64,000 bases of DNA, taken from the NCBI RefSeq assembly GCF_018350175.1, contig NC_058368.1:77874001-77938000 (forward strand), given 5' to 3'. Positions 25,580 to 37,944 of the stretch are shown in pieces (the first letter of the stretch is position 1; every line of letters starts with the position of its first letter). Under the pieces are notes generated by a model. The model saw only the letters and a program-made list of their open reading frames with translations, was not told where the DNA came from and searched no databases. The DNA is from Felis catus (Eukaryota). Both the position numbers and the translations under genes were made by a program.

Positions 25580-26310
25580 TCAACTCTTAAACTTCTTAGT
25601 GTTGTAGCGGCTCATAGCTCTCTACTTGGACCTCTTTTTTTCTCTACATTCACTCTTTTGTGATCCCACCCAATCCAATGGCTTTAAATGTTCTCTATAT
25701 ACCGAGAACTCATAAATGTACCTCTCTCACTCAAAAATCTTTACTGAACACTAAGCCCATATGCACACTGCCTCATTTATGGGTAGCAGATATCTCAGAA
25801 AAGCATGTCCTGACCGAGTCCTGAACCACAAAGTCTTCTTCACTGAAGTTACTGGGTATTCCATCCTTCCAGTTTTCAGGAGAGACCTGTATTCTTCTCC
25901 TTCTCACTTGCACATCCCATCTGTCCACACATTTACTCTGTGGGTTCTATCTTCCAATTATATTCACAACCCCACCACTTCTCCCCCCTTGCTCTTTCCT
26001 GTCCCAGCCACTGCCATGGCTCACTCAGGTCACCACATTAGCCTCCAAGCTGATGTCCCCTTGCACTCTTGCCACCCTCCCTTAGGTCTGCTTTCAACAC
26101 CACAGTCAACATAAGTTGGGTCACATCTCCCTTCTAAATAAAACCTATTTTTTTCTCACTTCATTCACAGGAAAAGCAACATCATTATGACAACCTACAA
26201 GGCTGTATCTGATATGCATTGCCCACCAAACCCCAGCCCACGTTATGGATTTCTTCCCTATTACTCTTCCCTGAAGAGACTTCTCTCCTACTCCACTAAT
26301 CTGTAATCCA
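25580..26310 (+). mobile_element. L2 remnant (continuation after the L1 insertion)
   Basis: L2-like pyrimidine-rich sequence (atggctttaaatg...ctcataaatgtac). Confidence 0.55.
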
Positions 26311-27784
26311 TGACTGAAATTATACACTTTTGTTGCAAATACAAATTCAAGAAAATGGTTTCCCTGGATGCATTAGAAGGGAGTACTGGTACTGGAGAAC
26401 AGTACCCCCACTGTTCTTTATTCTTTGCACGGTGTTCTTTTAATCTGGAGCGATATTCTGTATTCATCCTTATTTAACTTTACCCTGGCACGTTTTTCTG
26501 TAAGCACTGATGCAATTTCCCAAGGACACCTTGAATTTGAGGTCTATCTGTCCAGGTGATTTTGTCCCCCTTTAGGGACATCAGTACTTTGGTTTCACCA
26601 GCTGACCACACAGACAACTCAAGACAAAGTGGAACAATGGCAGGTGAATGAAACAGAAAGTGAAAAGAGACAACAAATCTCCCAGTGGACAACTGGGTGC
26701 TTAGAACCTGACATAGTATGATTGTTGTGTGAGATAAATTCGGCTCCAATTCCTTGATATTTGTAACTTTGACTAGATATACAATTCTCATTATTTGACT
26801 GTAGAAGACACATCTGTACTTCAGCCCCCCGATACTTAGCACCAATGTTTTACACACAATATAAGATGACAATTATCATAACAAGCAACCAATGAGATTT
26901 ATCATTGCGTTTACTCCAAGGCTGTACAAGATATTGCTAAACACACACAACTGAAGACACATATTGTTAGTATCATGGCAGTTCTTTCTCTTGAGCATGA
27001 ATTTTGTTTTTTACACTATGGGCTCTGTAAATATGGTAACTAACAGATTTTCATATCAGCTTTGGTTGTAGTAAAGCTTAGAGATAAATTTGTGGGTCAT
27101 TTCTAATAGGTATAATGTCATTCGTGGCGTGCTGACTCTTCAGAAAGTATATTTCCCCCTCCCTGCCCCAGTTCAAAGTTCTGAGCACAATGTATAGTTG
27201 AATGCCTCACATATTGGTGGAAATATTTGCTCTCCTACATTATTGTTCACATTTGCTTGTATTTATCTCATCTTGTCATATGGCTTGCATTTTGTGAATT
27301 GCTTTAAATGGTTTTTATATTGGGAATAAAGAAAATATGTAAAGAGCCATAGAAGATGAGAAATGATTAAACCATTTTAAATAGATAAGCCATTGTACTT
27401 AAGAATTTTTCAGGTTTCTATAGTATCATCTTGATATCAATTCTTTCTTTATCAATATTAATCACTCAATAAATGTGGTTTCAGCTGATAAAAGGATATC
27501 CAACTATTTAATTGTACTTAATGTCACATTTAGTTACCATAAAGGCTATTTTGGAGAGTAAAAATATATTTTATGAGAACCTGTCCCCCACACACTAAAA
27601 GCTAAATGTTGATAAGTCATATCAGTCTTCTTTAATTCACAAAATCATGCCACAGAAGTAGATCCTATCATCACCCCTTCCAAAAAAAGTTTTACTCATA
27701 TTATTGAAAGATTTTTTCTCTCCAACTTTAAGTGTGAGTCAAAGGTAAAATGGTTTCTCCAAGGTCAATGCTGGTTATTGGTTT

Positions 27785-27852
27785 ATTGTTTTGTTTTGGT
27801 TTGTTTTTTTCTTTGAGAGAGAGAGAGCGAGCCCAGGGGAGAAAGACAAAGG

Positions 27853-27916
<64 letters not shown>

Positions 27917-28038
27917 TTCTTAGTAGCCTGCACATCCAGCACAGAGCCCAACATGTGGCTCAATCCCATGACCCTGAGATCCTGACCTGAACCAAATCAA
28001 GAGTTGGACACTCAACCAAATGATGACCCAGGTGCCCC
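27785..28038 (-). mobile_element. SINEC with an expanded (GA)n
   Basis: TSD tggttattggttt on both sides. Confidence 0.9.
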
Positions 28039-28706
28039 TGGTTATTGGTTTTTTAAAATGAGAAAAAGAGAGATCTGTTTTCCATTTCTTTATTTATGCC
28101 ACTTAACAATTTGGGCCTCAGTTCCCTTAATAATTATGCAAAGCTTTAAGCTAGGAATTTTCTAAGATTCTTAAAGCCTATCTGAAGGTAGAAAAGCTGT
28201 ACAAAGGAAAGTGAAACATTACTATTCTTGGTTCAACATATACATTTTCAGGCAAATTTTAGTTGTCAAAGCCAATTTTTTAAACTTAATTCTTATAATT
28301 TTCCTTGTAGAAAAAAGCCAAGTGTCTATCCATCAGAAATTGAATTAATTTGTGTAATTTCTACAAAGGTCAGAAATAAGTTCTTTACAGAAAAGGTGGG
28401 GTACTATAATTATTTGATGTCAAAAGAGTCACCTCACGTCTCACCAAACCACTACAAAATCATAGAAGGGATTTTGAACTTTTGAAAAATCTCCTCCCTA
28501 CATAATGGAAAACATTTTCTTACTTTGTGTGTGTGTGTGTGTGTGGTGCCGGGATGAACAATTTTTATTATATATTTATTTTTATATCATATGTCCAATT
28601 TTATCAACATGTTTAAACCATAAAAATATACAGCCATGTGGAAATGTGTATCGAGGATCATTTGTTACATCGAAATGGTGACTCGCATATTTAACTGAAA
28701 ACTTAC

Positions 28707-28760
28707 GCTGGTAGTTCAGGGAGTTTCCAATCTGTTCTGAAATCGCCCTTTCTCCAATTC
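28707..28760 (-). CDS. Exon G (54 nt, symmetric)
   Basis: ctgttctgccctccag|GAATTGGAG...CTACCAGC|gtaagt, with strong canonical sites. Phase 1 reads IGERAISEQIGNSLNYQ(R). Phase 2 is also open (NWRKGDFRTDWKLPELP). Confidence 0.65.
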
Positions 28761-29944
28761 CTGGAGGGCAGAACAGCCTGTATCGCTGAGCCATTCACCA
28801 AATAAAACCAGATATTTCATTTTATGTCCCCAAACAATAAGCAGGCTATGCGGGATTTAAAGAAAGGAAAAAAGCAACTAGTCCTCTGTTTAATTGGGCT
28901 TTCCATCTCCACTACGACATCATCTCCTCTCTGAGACCCGGGAAGCCCCCGAACTGTTTGTTCCTCTCAGTGAGGCCCAGCCCTCAGGCAGCTTCAGGGC
29001 TGCCGTGGGGCTGGGGAAGGGGGTGCTGCTGGCAGCTGGGGCTGGTGGGGTGAGGCCCCAGCCTCCCTAGAGCAGCTCCCACTGGCAGCTAGATGGTTCT
29101 GTGTACCCGATTCCTAGATAACTCCATCTACCTTTGTTAGCCCGTTTGCATTTGCATGAGTCGCATGACTCATGAGGTAGGGGTCCTGAGTAAATACTGG
29201 CAATTACTGGGTCCTCTCGTCCAACGACTTAGCACAACTGAGGGTGCCAGAATCAGGAACAAGTCTGCCCTGCGATTTCTAAGTTGTGCTCATGGAGAGT
29301 CCAGGCCTCTCTGCCCTTTGAGACTCCATGCATGAAATACTCTGTTATAAATCTAACAGCTCTTCATTTATAATTTAGCCATGGCTCATCATCTACCTCA
29401 GAGGAATGGTATGCAAGTTAATGAGACAGGGTCTAGAGGATACCCCAATCTTCCTGGAAGACAGACAGCCCATAAATAGTGCACTGAATATTGGAATGAT
29501 CTCCTGAGCCTTCACTTTCAGATAACGTATCTTCCAAAAAAGCTCTAATAGCTTCAAAATCAGAAGTCACTAAACCATGCTCTAAACCCCTTACTTTTAG
29601 ACTTTCCTTTCCATGTTTATGCACTATAGATACTTCTTGGAAAACGCAATTATGTGGCATTGATGTTGACTTTGCATTTTTCTTATGTTTGTAATTACAT
29701 GTTCATTTATACAATCTATAATCACTTTGTGAGACCTTAATGTGTGCTAGCTAGCACTGTCCTGGGCCAGAGACCCCGGAGAAAGGGGGCAAGCTACCTC
29801 GTTTTCAGGAGATACTCATTGTAAACGGGAAATGTTAGTGATACCTTCTCTTATGCATGATTTTGGCATTTTTATTTGCCTTTACGTATTAGTTTTTTCA
29901 GTCATAACCAGTAATAACAGTCACTGTTTAAAAAGCTGTGCAGA

Positions 29945-30945
29945 CAGCAAAGGAAACAATCAACAAAACTAAAAGGCAACCAACGGAATGGGAAAAGATA
30001 TTTGCAAATGACATATCGGACAAAGGGCTAATATCCAAAATCTATAAAGAGCTCACCAAACTCCACACCCAAAAAACAAATAATCCAGTGAAGAAATGGG
30101 CAGAAAACATGAATAGACACTTCTCTAAAGAAGACATCCGGATGGCCAACAGGCACATGAAAAGATGCTCAACGTCACTCCTCATCAGGGAAATACAAAT
30201 CAAAACCACACTCAGATATCACCTCACGCCAGTCAGAGTGGCCAAAATGAACAAATCAGGAGACTATAAATGCTGGAGAGGATGTGGAGAAACGGACACC
30301 CTCTTGCACTGTTGGTGGGAATGCAAACTGGTGCAGCCACTCTGGAAAACAGTGTGGAGGTTCCTCAAAAAATTAAAAATAGATCTACCCTATGACCCAG
30401 CAGTAGCACTGCTAGGAATTTACCCAAGGGATACAGGAGTACTGATGCATAGGGGTACTTGTACCCCAATGTTTATAGCAGCACTCTCAACAATAGCCAA
30501 ATTGTGGAAAAAGCCTAAATGTCCATCAACTGACGAATGGATAAAGAAATTGTGGTTTATATATACAATGGAGTACTACGTGGCAATGAGAAAGAATGAA
30601 ATACGGCCCTTGGTAGCCAACGTGGATGGAACTGGAGAGTGTTATGCTAAGTGAAATAAGCCATACAGAGAAAGACAGATACCATATGTTTTCACTCGTA
30701 TGTGGATCCTGAGAAACTTAACAGAAACCCATGGGGGAAGGGAAGGAAAAAAAAGAAAAAAAAGAGGTTAGAGTGGGAGAGAGAGCCAAAGCATAAGAGA
30801 ATCTTAAAAACTGAGAACAAACTGAGGGTTGATGGTGGGTGGGAGGGAAGGGAGGGTAGGTGATGGTCATTGAAGAGGGCATCTTTTGGGATGAGCACTG
30901 GGTGTTGTATGGAAACTAATTTGACAATAAATTTCATATAAGAAA

Positions 30946-30980
<35 letters not shown>

Positions 30981-30982
30981 AT
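29945..30982 (+). mobile_element. Young 5'-truncated felid L1 (L1_Fc-like), about 1.04 kb
   Basis: ORF 29938-30654 is the L1 ORF2 C-terminus ([13 protein letters not shown]...[14 protein letters not shown]), with a +1 frameshift near 30617. Felid 3'UTR and (AAAT)n tail follow. TSD core AGCTGTGCAGA at 29934-29944 and 30983-30993. Confidence 0.95.
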
Positions 30983-31958
30983 AGCTGTGCAGAAAAGGTT
31001 ATATCACAGAAAGTGCTTGAAAATTACAAAACATCACATTCTGAATGTCACTTTAAAACCGCTCTGCACATGTCTACCCAAGTCGCAACTCTGATCCAAA
31101 TAAATACAAACAGCAACACGTGATGCAGACACAGGGCGTTAAGGGAGCAAACCAATTCAGTCCCACATAAATGAGAGGCTGGGGCCTGCCGGAAGTATCG
31201 GATTCCCTGAAGGAACACAGAGCTGCTGCATGAACAATCGAACATCTGTTATTTACAACAGGTTTACAAGCAGCGCTTGTGGGAGCTCCTCACAGAGGTT
31301 TACCAACACAACCACGTTTTTCAGAGATGAACCACATCACAGCGTATCTGTCTCCCTCATCTCAACAGTGTTTTCTGTTCATGTTTGTGAGCTCGGCGGA
31401 GGAACCAAACAACCAAACACTAAGAAAGCAATTGTTGGTTCCTTTTTTTTTTTTGGAGAAAGGCTAGCGAGGAAGGGGGGAAGTGCTTGGGGAGATAATG
31501 CAAGTCAGAACAAACACGAGCACAATTCAGAAGTCGTATCTCTGCATCCACCCTCCTACTTGCTGGCTCTGCCAGTTTTATTATCCTCTCTAGGTCGGGA
31601 AATTGTGCAGATAATGATGCAGCAAATTCTCAGTGATGAAAGCTTCACTCGACTTAAATGATGTTTGGAATTATTTGGTCTCACCCGATGATTTTTAATG
31701 ATTCACAGAAAATGCAAAATAGCTGCTGTGAAATCCTCTTTTAGGAAATTAATCCTGTGAACTTCACCAGATGTTGGTGCACAGAGATAAGTTTATGCCT
31801 CCGGTCGACACTCACACATTAAAATTGCTCATGAAGTTTGGTAAATCTAAGACCATCTGAAGATAATTAGCCGATATGCACGGAGGTGAATCCATTATAT
31901 AGAAGGATGGATTGAGACAGGCATCAGCAAGGTGAATTGAAATAAAATCCTGAGATGC

Positions 31959-32227
31959 TAGGGGAAAAAAAAAAACCACACAGACAACAATCTTTGACAC
32001 CGACTGTACAAACATTTTTCTAAGATATATCATTAGGCAAGGGAAACAAAAGCAAAAACAAACTACTGGGACTACCCCAAAATACAAAGCTTTTGCACAG
32101 CGAAGCAAACCCATTGGTGAAATGAAATGGCAATCTTCTGAAAGGAAGAAGATATCTGCAAATGACACACCTAATAAAGGGTTAACATCTAAAATGTATA
32201 AAGAACTTTTACAACTCAATACCAAAA

Positions 32228-32262
<35 letters not shown>

Positions 32263-33146
32263 ACCAATTAAAATGGGTAGAGGACCTGAGTAGACATTTG
32301 TAAAAGAAGACATCCAGGTGGCCAACACGTATGTGAGACGATGGTCAACATCCCTGATCATCGGGGTGCCAATCAAATGACATCAAAGATCACCTCACCC
32401 CAGTCACAATGGCCTAGGGTCAAGAAGATGACAAGCGTTGGCGAGGACGTGGAGAAAAAGGAACCCTCGTGCGCTGTTGGTGGGAATGCAAACTGGTGCA
32501 GCCACGGTGGAAAACAGTACGCAGGTGCCTCCAAAAATTTACTCAATAAAATGAAAACACCGATTCAAAAAGATACGTGCACCTCCGTATTGATTGCAGC
32601 AGGACTGACAACAGTGAAGATATGGAAGCAACCTCAGTGGCCATCAGCAGGTGAACAGATGAAGAAGATGTGGTATATAAACACAATGGAGTATTACTCA
32701 ACCGTAAAAAAGAACGAGATCTTCCCATCTGTGACTGTATGGATGGACCTAGAGGTTATGATGCTAAGTGAAAGAAGTCAGAGAAAGCCAAATATCAAAT
32801 GATTTCACTTATTACTGGGATCTAAAAAAAAATAAAACAAACGAAGCAGAAACAGAGGGCTAAATACAGAGAACAAAATGGTAGTTGTCAGACGGGGGTG
32901 GGGAGATGGGCAACATGGGTGAGGGGGAGTGGGAGATCCAGGTTCCCAGTTATGGAAGAAGTCAAGGGGATGAAAGGGACAGCCTAGGGAATACAGTCAA
33001 GGGTACCGTAACAGCACCAAATGACGACACACGTTAGCTACACTTGTGGTGAGCACAGCATAATGGATGGACTCGTCGAAACACAGTGTTGTACACCTGA
33101 AACTAATGTAACCTTGTGCGTCACCTGAACTTCAATTTAAAAAAAG
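31959..33146 (+). mobile_element. Older truncated L1 3' end (L1_Carn/L1MA-like)
   Basis: Degenerate ORF2 C-terminus (ORF 32341-32802) and 3'UTR ending ...cttcaatttaaaaaaa. Degenerate TSD aaaatcctgagatgc / agaatctgaaatgc. Confidence 0.85.
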
Positions 33147-33871
33147 AATCTGAAATGCGCATACAGAGAAGGGTCACAGTGTCTGGAAAAATAGCCATAT
33201 CCTCAAAAACATTCTCTGACACATACACACACACACACACAAGCGCGCACATGCTCACGAGAACACAGGGAGGGTCAGAGTCTCATTTATTCTGGCATTC
33301 TTCAGATTCTGGGAGTGAGCATGAGGGGAGGGCCTTCAGTGAGGCCTCTAACAAAGACATCTCTTTGAACCTGTTTCCTCATGTAAAATAGGGGTGAGGG
33401 TGTCTTTCTTGTGAGGCTGTTACAAATGTGAAGTGAGCTACTGTATACGAAGTGCTCCTGCTCCATAGCAGGCGATTCCAATGGTGACTCTAACCTTGAC
33501 GTTCTGTTGCTGTTTGCCAGTAATTGCCAAGACTATGTTCCCTCTGGGTGTGTTTCAGGATCTTATCTACATTCGCCTCGTGATGCCTGTCCCCATCCAT
33601 CCTTCTACAGAATAATTCACCTTCATGCAAACCAGCTAATCATCTCCAGATGATCTTAGATTTACAAAGAAAACCCACAGAAATTAAACAACCAATGAGC
33701 AATAGTTATGTGAAAACTGTGCATACACTCTTCAGCAAAGAACAGAAGTTAGTATAATAGTTCCTGCCCAGGAGAAGGTCGTATGCCTAGAAGGAACACG
33801 CCAAAATGTTGATGGTGTTTATTAATGTGTGATGGGAAATATTTTGGTTCTTTTCCTATAATTTTCTGACC

Positions 33872-34015
33872 TTTAATTTTTTAAAAGAGGGAGAGAGGGG
33901 TGAATCTGAAGCAGGCTCCACGCCCAACACGGGGCTTGATCCCATGACCCTGGAATCACGATCTGAGCCAAAATCAAAATCAGATGCTCAACTGACTGAG
34001 CCACGCAGGTGCCCC
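33872..34015 (-). mobile_element. SINEC (partial)
   Basis: ...actgactgagccacgcaggtgcccc. Confidence 0.85.
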
Positions 34016-34246
34016 TAGAAATGATTTTTATAATAAGAAGAAAAAAACTGCCCTATTTGTGTTCTTAGGGTAAAACTGCATTGAAAATGCTGACCTCCTA
34101 AGTTTGTAAAAGAATTAAAATCAAGACCATCCAGTCACAAACATGGCACCCAGCAGAGCAGACATTCGGACCGTGTAAGCTCTTCTCCTCCTCAGTTTTA
34201 AGGCTCCAGTCTCCCTGGCCATGCGGTCATCAACGAACACACTTGC

Positions 34247-34332
34247 GTCTACTAGCCAGCTGTGAGCCATCATTAAATACGTCATGAGTTCTTTCTCCAA
34301 TACATCCAGTGTCATGAGACCTTCCCAAATAA
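34247..34332 (-). CDS. Exon F (86 nt, phase 2-1, GC donor)
   Basis: tcttatgtttcacaag|TTATTTGGGA...AGTAGAC|gcaagt, encoding YLGRSHDTGCIGERTHDVFNDGSQLASR(R). Phase is consistent with exons E and G. Confidence 0.52.
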
Positions 34333-34697
34333 CTTGTGAAACATAAGATTTATTAACACAGCTACTATACTTTCAATCTAGTAATACCTTTCACCTATTG
34401 TCCAGCCCTTAACCTTTTAGAAAATAACACAACATGCATTATCCTAGGAGGGGAGCTCTGGTGCAGGTCTCACCTACAGCGTCCAGCATATGACCCAGCA
34501 AGGAAAAGTTGCTCAGCACAGACACAGAGCATGAAAATGGGGTTCTCGTTCAACCGCATTGGGCCAACATTTTTCTTACCATTTTGAAGAAAAGGAAACA
34601 GACGGCCAGGGTGGAGACCTGCTGGGACACTTATATTTAATGTAATCCTTAAGCGAAATGGAAATTGTTGCCTTTTTTACATCTGTGGTTCTCTTAC

Positions 34698-34807
34698 GTC
34701 ATTCTTGGTCTCGTTACTTCAGAAATCACTACTTTTTTATGTCCACTGCCAGTGACACCAGAAGTAGCTCCGTCAGTATGTTCCCTCCTTCCCCACAAGC
34801 TCACTCG
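34698..34807 (-). CDS. Exon E (110 nt, phase 0-2)
   Basis: tttgcctgccatacttcag|CGAGTGAGC...AGAATGAC|gtaaga. Only frame 0 is open: RVSLWGRREHTDGATSGVTGSGHKKVVISEVTRPRM(T). Confidence 0.62.
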
Positions 34808-36091
34808 CTGAAGTATGGCAGGCAAATGCTGTTGTAACGTTCTTCACAGAAAACCTTTCTCCAAGGTCCCCACTCACCTGCTCACCGTAGACCGATGCTC
34901 GCCGACCAACATCTGTCACCTTTGGCCCCTCATCAGCCCCCCCTTCCTGTCCCTGCTCATCACACTTCCCTGCTTCTCCACTGGTTCTTCTTCTGCACCT
35001 TCCCATGGAGAGGCTGGTATCCCACAAGAGCTAAACAGTCACTTCCTGCCCAGCAATGTTCACGGCACCCACGCATCCATGTCTGACCGCAGAAACACCT
35101 ACATCTGCATTATAGCGAATTCTCTTCTCAGCAGCACGAGCTAGAGACCATCCTCACCGACGCAAACGTCCCAGCCTCGTTTTCCATCTCATCCCTGGGT
35201 ACATCTCATTATTCATGTTGCACTAGCCCACGCTGTTTAACTGTAGGGCCTTCTTCGCATTTTATTTCTACTGAATTGTCAACATTTATTCGTGTCAACA
35301 TTTATTCTTTTTTTTTTTTCAAATAGCCTTTATGCGATCCATTCGACACATCATGCAACGTGATGGGCCCCGTGCCTGCCCTCAAGGGGCTCAGACCCAG
35401 ACAGGGAGAGACTGACAGAGAGCGATCAGTCTTCCAGTGCTATGATGCACCCACGCGCGAACCAGGCAGAGGTCAGAAGGATAACCAAAACGTGCCTTAA
35501 ATAAACATACAACTATAAGACAAGGTGTTCAGAACTCTAGAGAGGGAAGGGTGTTCCTGGTTCAGAGACCATGGAAAAGTTCAGCGTGGCCAGAGTCCAA
35601 AGCCAAGCAGTGGGAGAAAATGCTGTCGAAGTAGTTTTCTCTTGTTGCCCGCCCCCCCTTCCTCCCCAGCTACTCAGAAGTAAGATTCTGGTGGAAGCTT
35701 GCAGTTCAGAAGTGAGGACTACTTTTTACCAGCTGAGAAGGAGGCGGGCAACAGGGAGCCAGGAGGTGTAGTGGGGTTTGTTACAAAGAGCAGAGGCCAG
35801 CCAGCCCGAAGAGGGACAGTGGGGGGTCCTCTGCTGCGTGTGGGCAAGGGAGCGGCCAGGGGCTGGGGCAGTGGGATGGAGACACATCTCTATGCTGTTT
35901 TTAAAGGTCCAACCCAAATATCACCTGTCATCTTAAACTTTCCCTTCCAGAAGAAAAATGGCATGCTGCCGGTAGACTGGTGTGAGCTCTCCCCATTGGG
36001 GTATGGGTTCCCGAAGCCCCCACGGCACCTGCTCACAGACAGCACCATCACCCAGAAGATGCCTGCTGTCTACATGCGATTACAGTTGTTC

Positions 36092-36319
36092 TTTTTTTTA
36101 AGTTTTGTTTTAATGTTGATTATTTATTTTTGAGAGATAGAGAGAGACAGAGCACGAGCCAGGGAGAGGCAGAGAGAGAGGGAGACACAGAGTCTGAAGC
36201 AGGCTCCAGGCTCCGAGCTGTCAGTACAGAGCCCGATGTGGGGCTTGAACTCATGGACTGCGAGATCATGACCTGAGCCGAAGTCGGAAGCTTAAACGAC
36301 TGAGCCCCCCAGGCACCCC
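36092..36319 (-). mobile_element. SINEC_Fc
   Basis: Full reverse-strand element. Confidence 0.93.
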
Positions 36320-36711
36320 AGATTAGAGTTATCCTAATGGCTTGTCTGTGGTGGGAAGGAAGACATCTTTATGTATCTGCTAAAAAATGCTAAAAGTGTC
36401 TTCATCATATTGCTTTGTTTCTTCCTCAGGAACCTCCAGAAAAAGGTAGAAACGCATCATTAATCACACTGAAGTCCTAAAGTAAGTGTTGACCACAGCA
36501 TTCTGCCTAAGCCAGGAAGGCTTTTCAAAGTTAAAATAATACTCAGGGGAAATTTCTCAACTGCAAGAGTGTTCCAACAATTTTAGCAATCCCATTATAT
36601 GTGTACACACAGAATCCTTACTTTCCTTCTCCCTCAAATCTAACCTACTGTGGCCTATGATCTAACCCGAATAATCTGTCCAGAGTGTAATACATTTATG
36701 GATAAGGGTTT

Positions 36712-36921
36712 CTTTCTTTTTTTTTAATGTTTATTTATTTTTGAGAGAAAGAGAGCACAAACAGGGGAGGAGCAGAGAGAGAGGGAGACATAGAATCCGA
36801 ACAGGCTCCAGGCTCCGAGCCGTCAGCACAGAGCCTGACGCGGGGCTCGAACTCAGGAACCACGAAATCATGACCTGAGCCGAAGTTGGACGCCTAACCG
36901 ACTGAGCCCCCCGGGAGCCCC
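36712..36921 (-). mobile_element. SINEC_Fc
   Basis: Full reverse-strand element with a ggataagg..ttt flanking duplication. Confidence 0.93.
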
Positions 36922-37327
36922 AGGATAAGGTTTTCCGTCCTAAACAAATGGCCACGTACAGGCTGGAGAAGCCACGTGGCCGAGAGATCAGGCACAGGTG
37001 CAACAGAGGCCGGCGAGCAAGTTCCGTGTCCTTACCAGTTACATAACCCGGAGACCACTGGAAAAGCAAATCCCTGACGGCAAGCGAGGCCCGTGACCTG
37101 GAAAATGACACCGACAGCTGTCAAGAGGAAGGCCAGACACCCTGCGTGCTCCCTCTCTGGAAGCAAACATGGGGGGGGGGTACGCACAGGGGCGGAGCAC
37201 AGCTCCCCGAGGCAGGCCTCTTGTCTGTGTGTGTATTTATACGTCCACAAATCTACCTTTCAGGAGGATTCCAGTGGGCTCTGCCATCAGTATCAGAACG
37301 CTCGTTAGTGAAAATACCATCACTCAC

Positions 37328-37391
37328 GACACTGCATACGTCTTCTTGGTCAACCTGGGTCTTTGGCGTAAGCCCTTCCAGGCCCAAACCC
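37328..37391 (-). CDS. Exon D (64 nt, phase 2-0)
   Basis: cttttccttccgaacggcag|GGGTTTGGG...GCAGTGTC|gtgagt, encoding GLGLEGLTPKTQVDQEDVCSV. Phases match exons C and E. Confidence 0.65.
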
Positions 37392-37741
37392 CTGCCGTTC
37401 GGAAGGAAAAGTAGCGTGAGACGTGTTCACGAATGACGGCACGTGTACCGAGCAAACGCCCTTGGTGAGTCCAGAACAATCAGTTGATTTGAAAAAAAAA
37501 AAAAGCGCACGGACTGTTATTATTTGGACATTAACGGTTTAACCGAACTCTTGTTTGGCATTGTCTGCACAACACAAACATTTCTTAATTACCATTTTTG
37601 CCTCATTAAATAGTTGATTTGATATCATGTGGGCATTAGATATGCTGAGTGTACTGTGTCAGAAAAGAAATGTTTTTATTGCCCTTTGTCTGGTGGTTAG
37701 ACCTCGCTGGTGGCTGCCACTTAGTTTCGAGCAATAGACTC

Positions 37742-37944
37742 TTTTGTTAAATTTATTTATTTATTTTGAGAGAGAGAGAGAGCCAGCAAGGAAGAAGCAG
37801 AGAGAGAGGGAGAAAGAGAACCCCAAGCAGGCTCCATGCTCAACAGGGAGGCTGCCGCTGGGCTCAAGAGCACCAACCGTGAGATCATGACCTGTGCTGA
37901 AATCAAGAGTCGATGCTTAACGGACTGGGCCACACAGACGCCTC
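37742..37944 (-). mobile_element. SINEC
   Basis: Diverged reverse-strand element. Confidence 0.88.

Noticed and set aside
29938..30654. Longest ORF (238 aa) as a host gene
   Set aside because: It is the C-terminal fragment of L1 ORF2 in a 5'-truncated insertion, with no promoter or ATG start and a frameshift near the end.
31167..31206. Possible 40-nt minus-strand exon between F and G
   Set aside because: The acceptor is good (tgtgttccttcag) but the donor TAT|gtggga is poor, and F joins G in frame without it. If real, it would shift G and H to their other open frame.
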